Positions 1-8,568 are shown, counted from the first letter of the stretch. The stretch: 64,000 nucleotides of DNA from an uncultured delta proteobacterium (GCA_963828255.1 CAWHDZ010000040.1:96001-160000), one strand, 5' to 3'. Notes: generated by a model from the sequence alone, not told the origin. Numbers and translations are program-made.

Positions 1-716
1 AGCCCTTCAAGACCGTGATGTCGGGCAACCGGGAGGCGATCGCCAAGCTCTCCATGAAGGACCTCGAGAAGATCGCGGTGGCGACGCTCACCGGCATGTC
101 GGTCGAATCCTTCCAGGCCGACGTGAAGAAGTGGATCGCCGAGGCGCGCGACCCGCGCTGGAAGCGCCCCTACACCGAGCTCACCTACCTGCCCATGCAG
201 GAGCTGCTCCGGTACCTGCGGACGAACGGCTACAAGACGTTCATCGTCACCGGCGGAGGGCAGGACTTCGTTCGGGTCTACTCGCAGGAGGTCTACGGCA
301 TCCCGCCCGAGCAGGTCGTGGGGACGGCCCTGGGCACGAAGTACGGCTACGACAAGGACGGCAAGCCCTTCCTGACCAAGGAGCCGAAGCTGCTCCTCAA
401 CGACAACGACGCCGGGAAGCCCGAGGGAATCCACCTCATGATCGGCCGCCGCCCGCACGCGGCGTTCGGCAACTCCCCCGGTGACCGGCAGATGCTGGAG
501 TACACCAAGGCCGGCGAGGGGGCGCGCCTCTCCATGCTCGTCCTGCATGACGACGGGAAGCGGGAGTACGCCTACGGCCCGGCCCAGGGGCTCCCCGACA
601 CCAAGGTCGGCACGTTCCCGCAGGCGCTGTACGACCAGGCCCGGAAGCAGGGCTGGGTCGTCATCAGCATGAAGGACGACTGGAAGAAGATCTTCGCGTT
701 CGACCAGGGAGAGTGA
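1..716 (+). CDS. HAD-superfamily hydrolase (NapD/nonspecific acid phosphatase-like), 5' end outside window
   Basis: YLPMQELLRYLR..GYKTFIVTGGG (motif II), GKPEGI (motif III Lys), AFGNSPGD (motif IV), HDD..REYAY; frame is open from the window edge. Confidence 0.88.
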   Translation, partial: PFKTVMSGNREAIAKLSMKDLEKIAVATLTGMSVESFQADVKKWIAEARDPRWKRPYTELTYLPMQELLRYLRTNGYKTFIVTGGGQDFVRVYSQEVYGIPPEQVVGTALGTKYGYDKDGKPFLTKEPKLLLNDNDAGKPEGIHLMIGRRPHAAFGNSPGDRQMLEYTKAGEGARLSMLVLHDDGKREYAYGPAQGLPDTKVGTFPQALYDQARKQGWVVISMKDDWKKIFAFDQGE

Positions 717-719
717 CAA

Positions 720-2309
720 GTGACGATTCGCACCCAGGTGTTCGTTGCACTCGCAGCCGCTGCCCTCCTCGGGCCGGCACTCGCCGTGGCCCAGCAGAGG
801 AAGCCCAACATCCTCGTCATCTTTGGCGATGACGTCGGCTACTGGAACGTCAGCAAGTACAACCGCGGGATGATGGGGTACCGAACCCCGCAGATCGACC
901 GCATCGCCACGGAGGGGGCGGTCTTCACCGACGCTTACGGCCAGCAGAGCTGCACGGCGGGGCGCGCGGCCTTCATCACAGGCCAGTCGCCGATCCGGAC
1001 AGGCCTCCTCAAGGTGGGGCTCCCCGGCGCGCCCGAGGGGCTCTCGGCCAAGGATCCCACCATCGCCGAGTTGCTCAAGGGACAGGGCTACGTCACCGGC
1101 CAGTTCGGGAAGAACCACCTCGGTGACCGGAACGAGTTCTTCCCCACCGTTCACGGCTTCGACGAGTTCCTCGGGAACCTCTACCACCTGAACGCGGAGG
1201 AGGAGCCGGAGAACCCGGACTACCCGAGGAACCCAGCGTTCAAGGCGAAGTTCGGGCCGCGCGGCGTCTTCCACTGCTGGGCCACGGACAAGGTGAGCAC
1301 GCTGCCGGCAGACGCGCGCTTCGGCGCCTGGGGCAAGCAGCGATGCGAGGACACCGGGCCGCTCACCGCGAAGCGGATGGAGACCATCGACGAGGAGATC
1401 GTCGCCGCGACGCTCAAGTTCATCGACGAGAAGCAGGCCAGCGGGAAGCCCTGGTTCGTCTGGTTCAACACCACCCGGATGCACATCTGGACGCATCTCA
1501 AGAAGGACCAGGAGGGCAAGACCGGCCTCGGCCCGTACCCGGACGGCATGGTGGAGCACGACGGCCACGTGGGGCAGCTGCTCAGGAAGCTCGACGACCT
1601 CGGCGTCACGAAGGACACGATCGTCATCTACACCTCGGACAACGGCGCCGAGGTGATGAGCTGGCCGGACGGAGGAACGACGCCATTCCGGGGCGAGAAG
1701 AACACCAACTGGGAGGGCGGCTACCGTGTGCCGCTCCTGGTGAGGTGGCCGGGCGTCATCAAGCCGGGGACCGAGGTGAACGAGATCACGTCCCATGAGG
1801 ACTGGCTGCCCACGCTCCTCGCCGCCGCGGGTCAGCCGGGGGTGAAAGAGGCCCTTCTGAAGGGGGCCACCGTCTCCGGCAACGCCTACAAGGTCCATCT
1901 CGACGGGTACGACCTGGCGCCCGCGCTGAAGGGCGAGACGCAGGAGTGGCCGCGCAAGGAGTTCCTCTACTGGACCGACGATGGCGAGGCCTGCGGGCTG
2001 CGATACGCCCAGTGGAAGATGGTCTTCATGGAGCAGCGGGCCCACGGCTTCGACGTCTGGCAGGACCCCATGGTCGTCCTCCGTGTTCCCAAGCTCTTCA
2101 ACCTGCGCTCCGACCCGTTCGAGCGAGCCGACCGGGAGGGCATGGGGTACGGCCGGTGGCGCATCGACCGGATCTTCCTGCTCCCGCCGGCCATCGGCTA
2201 CGTGGCCGGGTGGCTCCAGAGCTTCCAGGAGTTCCCGCCGCGCCAGAGGCCGGGCACGTTCAACCTGAACCAGGTGATGGAGAAGCTCACCGCAAACAAG
2301 GCGGACTAA
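720..2309 (+). CDS. Secreted Cys-type arylsulfatase (sulfatase S1 family)
   Basis: Signal peptide; PNILVIFGDD; SCTAGRAAFITG (CxxxR FGly motif); GKNHLG; HGFDEF; SDNG; GEKNTNWEGGYRVP. Confidence 0.95.
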   Translation: MTIRTQVFVALAAAALLGPALAVAQQRKPNILVIFGDDVGYWNVSKYNRGMMGYRTPQIDRIATEGAVFTDAYGQQSCTAGRAAFITGQSPIRTGLLKVGLPGAPEGLSAKDPTIAELLKGQGYVTGQFGKNHLGDRNEFFPTVHGFDEFLGNLYHLNAEEEPENPDYPRNPAFKAKFGPRGVFHCWATDKVSTLPADARFGAWGKQRCEDTGPLTAKRMETIDEEIVAATLKFIDEKQASGKPWFVWFNTTRMHIWTHLKKDQEGKTGLGPYPDGMVEHDGHVGQLLRKLDDLGVTKDTIVIYTSDNGAEVMSWPDGGTTPFRGEKNTNWEGGYRVPLLVRWPGVIKPGTEVNEITSHEDWLPTLLAAAGQPGVKEALLKGATVSGNAYKVHLDGYDLAPALKGETQEWPRKEFLYWTDDGEACGLRYAQWKMVFMEQRAHGFDVWQDPMVVLRVPKLFNLRSDPFERADREGMGYGRWRIDRIFLLPPAIGYVAGWLQSFQEFPPRQRPGTFNLNQVMEKLTANKAD

Positions 2310-2334
2310 AGCCAGCCCGCCGCTCGGTTCCAGG

Positions 2335-3188
2335 ATGGACGACACCATGCGTATTCCAGCGTCGAGATGGAGAGTCGTTACCGCATTCCTTGCCGTATCG
2401 CTCGCCCTGGTCGCCCCTGCCGCTGCCGAGGAGGCGGCGGATGGTGCGAAGAAGGAGGTCGACACCGAGGCGCTCGCTCGAGCGGCGCAGAACCCCGTCG
2501 CCGACATGATCAGCATCCCGTTCCAGGACGACATCGGCTTCGGCTACGGGCCGGGGAACAAGGGCACCCAGAACGTCCTCAACATCCAGCCGGTCATCCC
2601 CCTGCACGTCACCGAGGACTGGAACGTCATCACCCGGACAATCCTGCCCATCGTCAGCCAGCCGAGCTTCACCGGCGGAGCGGGGACCACCGGGCTCGGC
2701 GACCTGACGGTCACGGCCTTCCTCTCACCGGCAAAGCCAGGGGGCGTCATCTGGGGCGTGGGGCCCGTGGCATCGTTCCCCACCGCCACGTCGCCGTTCA
2801 CCGGATCGCAGTCCACCTGGGGACTCGGCCCGTCAGCGGTCGCGCTGGCCATGCCCGGGCACTGGGTGCTCGGCGTTCTGGTGAACCAGATCTGGTCGGT
2901 GGCGGGGCGAGCGCGAGCCAGATGCTCATCCAGTACTTCGTGAACTACAACTTCGAGGGAGGCTGGTACCTGACCACTTCGCCCATCCTGACCGCCGACT
3001 GGAACGCGGCGGCGGGCCAGCAGTGGGTGGTCCCGTTCGGTGCCGGAGGCGGCAAGATCTTCCGGATCGGCAAGCTGCCCTTCAACGGCAACGTCTCCGC
3101 CTACTACAACGCTGTTCGACCGGACGTCGGACCGGAGTGGACGCTCCGCGTGCAGCTCGCCCTGCTTCTCCCCACTTCCATCTTCTAG
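2335..3188 (+). CDS. Outer-membrane beta-barrel/'neuromedin U'-type protein, split by a -1 frameshift near 2905
   Basis: Signal peptide; AQNPVADMISIP, LNIQPVIP, GLGD motifs in the first frame. After WSVAG the homology continues in another frame (QMLIQYFVNYNF..WVVPFGAG..WTLRVQLALLLP). Confidence 0.75.
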
Positions 3189-3251
3189 CCCACGGAGGCC
3201 GATGCCTCCCTCGGCGCCAGACCCTCAGCTTTGAATCGAGCCCGCGGCTTG

Positions 3252-4001
3252 ATGCCCTGCAGAAGGGATATCCAGCGTCTCCTGACCCTGGTCGGCTTTC
3301 TGATGGCCGCGCACGGCGGCCAGGCTAGCGCCCAGGAAGCATCGTTCTTCGGGTCCAACCAGGGATTCGAGGTCCAGCCAGAGGTCGATGTCTACTGGCA
3401 CGCGGCGGAGGACGCCCGACTCCTCCTCCAGGTCCAGGGAACGTCCATCCCGAGCCAGGACTACGGCAGCATCGCAGTCGGTGCGTATGGCGACTGGATG
3501 CTCGCCCCCTTCTTCCGGAACCTCGTCAGCCCGGACCAGGCGCTGACCCGTGCGCTGAACCTCCGGCTCGGCGTTCGCTACGTGGGTACGCTCGACCCCG
3601 GAACCATCGGGTCCTCCCAGCGCCTGGCGATCCAGTTCGACGTCACTCCGCGGTACTTCCTGCCCTGGTCCATCCTCCTGTCCAACCGGAACCGCCTCCA
3701 GGCCCAGTGGCAACTGGGGGAGGCCGACTCCTTCACCTTCCGCTACCGCGGCCGGTTCCAGGTGCAGCGCGAGTTCGACGTGGGCAACGTAGGCCTGACA
3801 CCCTTCGTGAACGTCGAGTGGATCTGGCAGGCGCCGCCAGCGATGTGGGTTCAGTTCCGGATGCAGACAGGGCTGCAGGCCAGCGTGCACTGGTTCGGGC
3901 GCGGGCAGACCATCGAGGTGAACTACTCGACGGTGACGTACCTCCAGCCGTCGCGAAGCTGGCGCCCGGTGCTCGGGGTCATCTGGTATCAGTATTTCTA
4001 G
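3252..4001 (+). CDS. DUF2490-like outer-membrane beta-barrel protein
   Basis: Signal peptide, SNRNRL..RYRGR motif, alternating amphipathic strands, C-terminal Y-x-F. Confidence 0.65.
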   Translation: MPCRRDIQRLLTLVGFLMAAHGGQASAQEASFFGSNQGFEVQPEVDVYWHAAEDARLLLQVQGTSIPSQDYGSIAVGAYGDWMLAPFFRNLVSPDQALTRALNLRLGVRYVGTLDPGTIGSSQRLAIQFDVTPRYFLPWSILLSNRNRLQAQWQLGEADSFTFRYRGRFQVQREFDVGNVGLTPFVNVEWIWQAPPAMWVQFRMQTGLQASVHWFGRGQTIEVNYSTVTYLQPSRSWRPVLGVIWYQYF

Positions 4002-4047
4002 GCAGCCCTTGTCCCCCAAGGCTGCGGGCCTTTGCCCGAGGAGAACG

Positions 4048-4482
4048 ATGATGAGGATGAAGCGGGCCCTCGCGGGGGCCGTTGGGATACTTGTCGGTTC
4101 TGTGATGGCCGCTGGGCCGGTCTCGAGGGCCACGGCAGAAGAAACGCCGACCGCGGGGACGAAGTCCGTTCCCGCATTCGAGAAGCTCCGGGGTCGCTGG
4201 CTGAGGGACACCGGTGGCTACATCATCGAGATCCGGAAGGTGGGGCCGGGCGGGAAGCTGGATGCCGCTTACTTCAATCCCAAGTCGATCCACGTGGGCA
4301 GGGCCGAGGCGGTCCAGCAGGGCGGGGCGGTCAAGGTCTCCGTCGAGCTTCGCGACGTGAACTACCCGGGTTCGACGTACACCCTCACCTACGATGCGAA
4401 GAACGATCGGCTGGTGGGACGTTACTTCCAGGCAGTCACCGGAGAGACCTTCGACGTGTATTTCGTGAGGCTGAAGAGTTAA
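4048..4482 (+). CDS. Secreted hypothetical protein (small beta-rich domain)
   Basis: AGGAG upstream of ATG; signal peptide; GRWLR..GGYIIEI..YFNP..ELRDVNYPGSTY; typical codon usage. Confidence 0.7.
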   Translation: MMRMKRALAGAVGILVGSVMAAGPVSRATAEETPTAGTKSVPAFEKLRGRWLRDTGGYIIEIRKVGPGGKLDAAYFNPKSIHVGRAEAVQQGGAVKVSVELRDVNYPGSTYTLTYDAKNDRLVGRYFQAVTGETFDVYFVRLKS

Positions 4483-4545
4483 CGGGCGCTTCGACTGGAG
4501 CCGCGCAAGGCCGGTAGTGGGCACCTGACACCCCCCAGGCCCGGA

Positions 4546-4579
4546 TTGCACTCCAGGACCCTTCCGGTTATACCGGAAG
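4546..4579 (+). promoter_or_regulatory. Sigma70-type promoter of mazEF with overlapping palindromic operator
   Basis: TTGCAC(4546-4551)-N17-TATACC(4569-4574); perfect inverted repeat CTTCCGGT-TAT-ACCGGAAG at 4561-4579. Confidence 0.7.
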
Positions 4580-4580
4580 T

Positions 4581-4817
4581 ATGAAGACGGCCATCTCCCT
4601 CCCGGACGCGGTCTTCCGCGACGCCGAGCGGCTCGCGAGGCGCCTCAAGAAGTCTCGCAGCAACCTCTACACCGAAGCCGTGGCGGAGTACGTCGCCCGG
4701 CACGAGCCAGAGGCCGTCACCGAGGCGCTGAACCAGCTGGCGAAGAAGCTCGATGCCGGGCCAGACGAGTTCGCCTCTGCCGCAGCGCGGCGCGTGCTGG
4801 AGCGCTCCGAGTGGTGA
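4581..4817 (+). CDS. RHH-type antitoxin (MazE-like partner)
   Basis: MKTAISLPD..AERLARRLKKSRS.LY RHH pattern; overlaps toxin start. Confidence 0.85.
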   Translation: MKTAISLPDAVFRDAERLARRLKKSRSNLYTEAVAEYVARHEPEAVTEALNQLAKKLDAGPDEFASAAARRVLERSEW

Positions 4818-5155
4818 TCGCTCAGGGGGACGTCTGCTGGGCGGACCTCCCCGACCCCGTGGGCTCGGGGCCTGGCTTCCGGCGGCCCGTCCTGGTCGTC
4901 CAGGGCGATGCGTTCAACCGAAGCAGGGTGGCCACGGTCGTCTGCGTGCCGTTGACCAGCAACCTCAAGTGGGCAGAGGCGCCAGGCAACGTGGAGCTGC
5001 CGGCGAAGAGCACCGGCCTATCGAAGGACTCCGTCGCGAACGTCTCACAGATCGTGTCCCTCGACCGGATCGTCCTCACCGAGCGGGTGGGCCGGGTCTC
5101 GAAGAAGCAGCTCGAGCTGGTCTTCGCCGGGCTGGACCTCGTCCTGGGAAGGTGA
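4811..5155 (+). CDS. mazF: MazF/PemK family endoribonuclease toxin
   Basis: QGDVCWADL..GS..G.RRPVLVVQ.D.FN..TVVCVPLTS..DSVANVSQI..D. Confidence 0.93.
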   Translation: MVIAQGDVCWADLPDPVGSGPGFRRPVLVVQGDAFNRSRVATVVCVPLTSNLKWAEAPGNVELPAKSTGLSKDSVANVSQIVSLDRIVLTERVGRVSKKQLELVFAGLDLVLGR

Positions 5156-5185
5156 GGCGGCACAAGAGTCCAAGGGGAGCTTCAC
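5156..5185 (-). pseudogene. 5' remnant (MKLPLDSC) of a DUF5615 PIN-like toxin gene
   Basis: Matches the start of the intact copy at 11139 (VKLLLDSCV); homology stops at the mazF 3' end. Confidence 0.6.
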
Positions 5186-5433
5186 GTCCCGGACGGAACG
5201 AGGATGGGCTCGATGCGCTCGTGGCCGACGACCCGGTAGGCGTAGGCGAGGCAGGCGAGGACGTCCTCGCGCTCCATCCACGGGTAGCCGGACACGACCG
5301 TCTCGATGGTGTCGCCTGCGGCGAGCATGCCGAGGACGTGCTCGACCGCGAGCCGATGGCCGCGGATGATCGGCTTCCCGCCGAAGATCTGCGGGTCGTA
5401 CGTGATGCGCTCGAGCAGGGCCTTCTCGTCCAC
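5182..5433 (-). CDS. DUF433 family antitoxin, copy 1
   Basis: RITYDPQIFGGKPIIRGHRLAVEHVLGMLAAG..YP...EDVLACLAYA; GTG start with GAGGT SD. Confidence 0.9.
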   Translation of the reverse strand: MDEKALLERITYDPQIFGGKPIIRGHRLAVEHVLGMLAAGDTIETVVSGYPWMEREDVLACLAYAYRVVGHERIEPILVPSGT

Positions 5434-5520
5434 GGTGGACCTCGACCGAGAGCATATCCCGGCCTGGCGAGCAGAGCAGGGGGCTCGCCGTGCCTGCCGC
5501 TGGCGGCGTAGGCTATCCGG

Positions 5521-5766
5521 ATGGCGCCCCACGAAGACGCGATCCCAGTCTCGAGCCAATGCGAACTCTGCAGCGAGAAGAACTTCGATACCCACTGGAT
5601 CGACGTCGGGCCAGAAGGGGAGGGCATCTCCTGCGTCACCGTGGACGTGACGCTTCGGCTCTTCCCGGCACACCGGGCGCGCCTCCTCCAGGCACTGGGA
5701 CGGGCGGATTCCGAGAGGGTCGAGCCAAACCGCGAGATGAAGGCCTGGGGCCCCCCGGGTTCCTGA
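5521..5766 (+). CDS. Small hypothetical protein with CELC motif
   Basis: 81-aa ORF divergent from DUF433; ATG and CELC are conserved in the second copy at 11474. Confidence 0.4.
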   Translation: MAPHEDAIPVSSQCELCSEKNFDTHWIDVGPEGEGISCVTVDVTLRLFPAHRARLLQALGRADSERVEPNREMKAWGPPGS

Positions 5767-5804
5767 CTCGTAACGAAGCGCAGACGGTGACGCACCAGGG
5801 TCCG

Positions 5805-6233
5805 TTAGCCGCCTCGCCTCCTCAGCTCGACGAGGAAGTCGCCGGGACGGAGAATCCGGACCCCCGCGACCTCGGCGAGATCGAGAAGATCGCGGTCCAG
5901 GCTGACGACCCACTCCGCCTGCCCCCCGATCGCGGCCGCCAGGACCATGTCATCCGCAGGGTCGCGGGCCACGAGTCCCTTGGCCTCACCGGCCAGGACT
6001 CGATCCGCCACGGCGACGACCGTCGATACGAAGGCCTGTCGATTCACCTTGGCGGAGTAGCGAACGACCTGCGGGTACTCGACCGCCCGCCGGTACTCCT
6101 CCTCGAGCGCGTCGGTGACGACCAACCGAACGGCGCCGGCGGCGGCCGCCGCCAGGATGATGCGCGACGCCGAGGCGGGGTTCGGGGTCACGAGCGCCGC
6201 CACCAGGACCGACGAGTCGAGGACCGTCCTCAC
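5805..6233 (-). CDS. PIN-domain toxin (TIGR00305/MJ1680-like)
   Basis: VLDSSVLVAAL, E (LEEEY), RDPADDMVLAAA..G.A..VVS.DRDLL acidic tetrad. Confidence 0.9.
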   Translation of the reverse strand: MRTVLDSSVLVAALVTPNPASASRIILAAAAAGAVRLVVTDALEEEYRRAVEYPQVVRYSAKVNRQAFVSTVVAVADRVLAGEAKGLVARDPADDMVLAAAIGGQAEWVVSLDRDLLDLAEVAGVRILRPGDFLVELRRRGG

Positions 6234-6493
6234 CTCGCCCGGCTCCGGGCCATCCGGGCCACGGCCTCACCCACGCGCTCCGCGTCGGCGTCGTCGGGGC
6301 TCCGGCCAGGGGGCAGCCTGTCGAGCATGGCCCGCAGGTCCTCCCGGGCCCGCGCCGCGATGACCGCCCGGGCCTTCTCCTCGGCTGCCTGCCGGAGGAA
6401 CTCGGATGGGCGCTTGCTCTCCAGGCGGGCGGCCTTGCGCACGAGGTCGCGCAGCGCCTTGGTGGTCCGGTAGGTCTCGACGGTCTTGGGCAT
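6230..6493 (-). CDS. DUF1778/RHH-like antitoxin
   Basis: LRDLVRKAARLE.KRPSEFLRQAAEEKA; 4-bp overlap with PIN gene; TGnTAGGAT extended -10 upstream. Confidence 0.75.
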   Translation of the reverse strand: MPKTVETYRTTKALRDLVRKAARLESKRPSEFLRQAAEEKARAVIAARAREDLRAMLDRLPPGRSPDDADAERVGEAVARMARSRAR

Positions 6494-6733
6494 GGAGGGC
6501 TCCGTGTTACGTTTGTCCCTATCCTAGCATGGAGAGCCGACGGAGGGCGTCCGCGGAGCTCTCGACCGACCTTCGGGTAGATTACCCGTCGAAACCGGGA
6601 CCGAAACGCGACCAGAATCACGTTCGATCCGGTCCTCCGGTGTCGACTCGCGTCGACTCGCCGGATGCCGCAACGCCCCAGCCACACTGAGAAATCACAA
6701 CAACGACGCCCGTCTGCCCGTTGCCCTTTTCGA

Positions 6734-6781
6734 GGGCTCATAACCCGAAGGTCCCAGGTTCAAATCCTGGCCCCGCAACCA
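6734..6781 (+). mobile_element. att-like scar: 3' half of initiator tRNA-Met(CAT)
   Basis: GGGCTCATAACCCGAAGGTCCCAGGTTCAAATCCTGGCCCCGCAACCA has the anticodon arm with 3 G-C pairs, T arm, acceptor 3' strand and CCA. No 5' half (D arm/acceptor 5' strand) upstream. Confidence 0.88.
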
Positions 6782-6787
6782 ATGAGG

Positions 6788-6821
6788 ACGCCCACTTAGC
6801 TCGCTGCTAGGTGGGCGTTTT
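6788..6821 (+). terminator. Intrinsic terminator after tRNA fragment 1
   Basis: ACGCCCACTTAGC-N5-GCTAGGTGGGCGT then TTT. Confidence 0.7.
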
Positions 6822-7100
6822 GCACTTCAGGGGCCTTTCGCGGGGCCATTCATCCTCACTCACCGAGCGTGCGAACTCGAAGTGGCGCGACCTACGGCAA
6901 GCAGACGTCCAGGAAAGTAGGCGCGAAGTACAACGGTCTTCGACGCTTGGCGATGAGCGCTGTGCGAGGTCGTGGCGGCCCACCACCAGAAGGCCACGCG
7001 TCGATCCATGCTCACCGCTGTCGCGGCGCCTACTCCCTGGACCGGTGGCCAGGGGCGATCCTACCGCCGCGGAAACACCATGCTGTTCCGCGGGAATCCC

Positions 7101-8339
7101 TCAACCATCGGTTGAGGGTTTGGCAGGTGTCCTCAGGGCGAGCGCGGCAGTACCTACTATCCCTGTCAGGACTGCGATTGCTGCCGAGACGCCCAATTGT
7201 TGATGGGCCAGGAGCCAGAAGAAAGCGTTGCGTCCCACCACCTCGTAGTCGAGCCGCTGGACGAGGAATACTCCCAAGAGGACGAGTCGCTGGATGGTGC
7301 GGGACGGGCTGGGGTGTGGGGTGCGCGCCCCGACGAGGAGCAGGTGAAGCGCGGGCATCGTACCGATCAGGCCGGTGCGCCATCCGAGGGGGGAGAGAAA
7401 CGATGACAGCCAGAGCGCCAGCGCGATGGCCACGAGGCGCCCCCGTGCAGGATCGCGCTTCCAGACCACCGCCGCGGCGACGGAGCCGACGAACGCCGAC
7501 CCGCCGCCGAGCAGCGCAACCGAGGCGGTATAGGCAGGGCCGGGCGGTGTCGCGAGATAGGTGCACGCGATGGCCCATGCGCTTTGGTTCTCCCGGCCGC
7601 AGAGGGCAACGGTGCTCGCGCCTTCCAGGTGGCGGAACCAGGCCAGATCGAGCGTCAACGTTCCGTCCCAGCCGTAGAAGATGATCGGTGCGAGCAGGCC
7701 GAGCACCGCGAAGACGAAGAACCAACCGATGCGAGACCACTGCCGGGCGAACAGTGCCGGCGCGCCCAGGATCAGGAAGGGTGGTTTCGTGAGCGCAGCC
7801 ACCGCCCAGGATGCTCCCGACAGTGCGGGGCGCCGCTCCGCGAGGTCCTCGCTTCGTGCGGCGAGCCAGAGAAGGATCGCCTCGGTCTGGCCAAGCCTCA
7901 GGCAATGGACCGTGAACGGAAGGACCACCGCAAAGACGGCAAGTTGCGAGGTGAATGGTGGGTCCCGTCCGAACCGGCGCGCCGACCATGTGAAGAAGGA
8001 GGCGAGCGCCAGGGCCGAGACGACGTTCCAGACGAGCCCCGCGGCGGGACGCGGGAGGGCTCCCACCGGAGCGATCAAGATGGCAAACGTCGGGGCGTAC
8101 CGATACGGCGTGAACGGGGGGTAGTCGGCGTAGAGCGGCTTCGCGGCAATCGCGTTCTTCGCCGCCAGGTAGAACACGTCGAAGTCCCCGCTCTTCCGGG
8201 TCTCCACCCACCAGCTCTGCACTCCGAGTAGCAGGTAGAGGACGAGAAAGATTCGCGGCGCCGTGGGTGTCAGGCGCGAATCGATACGACGAAGCAGGGA
8301 ATCGCCCGTCTTCATGGAAGCGATATTATCCATTCCCAT
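7101..8339 (-). CDS. GT87/DUF2029 family polytopic glycosyltransferase (start may be 8315-8339)
   Basis: GDFDVFYLAA, PLY, YRYAP.FA, LGQ, A.LTKP, ENQS, FLSPLGW; many TM helices. Confidence 0.8.
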   Translation of the reverse strand: MGMDNIASMKTGDSLLRRIDSRLTPTAPRIFLVLYLLLGVQSWWVETRKSGDFDVFYLAAKNAIAAKPLYADYPPFTPYRYAPTFAILIAPVGALPRPAAGLVWNVVSALALASFFTWSARRFGRDPPFTSQLAVFAVVLPFTVHCLRLGQTEAILLWLAARSEDLAERRPALSGASWAVAALTKPPFLILGAPALFARQWSRIGWFFVFAVLGLLAPIIFYGWDGTLTLDLAWFRHLEGASTVALCGRENQSAWAIACTYLATPPGPAYTASVALLGGGSAFVGSVAAAVVWKRDPARGRLVAIALALWLSSFLSPLGWRTGLIGTMPALHLLLVGARTPHPSPSRTIQRLVLLGVFLVQRLDYEVVGRNAFFWLLAHQQLGVSAAIAVLTGIVGTAALALRTPAKPSTDG

Positions 8340-8537
8340 TGGCGGCTGTCGCCGCGGTTCAGGATGTCGGTTGACAGCCTTCTCCGATTCAACGGCCAAG
8401 AACGAGGTGCAGGTCCCGGCGCCCCGTCCCATCTCCCACGTCTTCGGGTTCGTCGGCAAGCGGCCGACGCTGGTGTCGCGAGGTCGGCCAACCAGGTGTC
8501 GAGGTCGAGGGCCGGTGATGACCGGTAGACCGTCCGC

Positions 8538-8558
8538 CAAATCCTGGCCCCGCAACCA
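8538..8558 (+). mobile_element. att-like scar 2: 21-bp 3' end of initiator tRNA-Met, direct repeat of 6761-6781
   Basis: CAAATCCTGGCCCCGCAACCA identical to 6761-6781. Confidence 0.85.
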
Positions 8559-8568
8559 GTGAAACCAG

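Noticed and set aside
4476..4572. Possible integron attC site (TAAC...GTTATAC) before mazEF
   Set aside because: End boxes are not complementary beyond 4 bp, there is no internal L-box symmetry and no intI
5768..5812. Second TAAC...GTTAG attC-like pair
   Set aside because: Too short and lacks the imperfect palindrome; GTTAG is just the PIN stop codon
6705..6781. Complete tRNA-Met gene
   Set aside because: Upstream sequence cannot form the D arm or the acceptor 5' strand; only the 3' half is present
6811..7100. Plus-strand ORFs after the att scar, and ORF 8263-8562
   Set aside because: No recognizable motifs and atypical codon use; probably junk or unrecognizable relics
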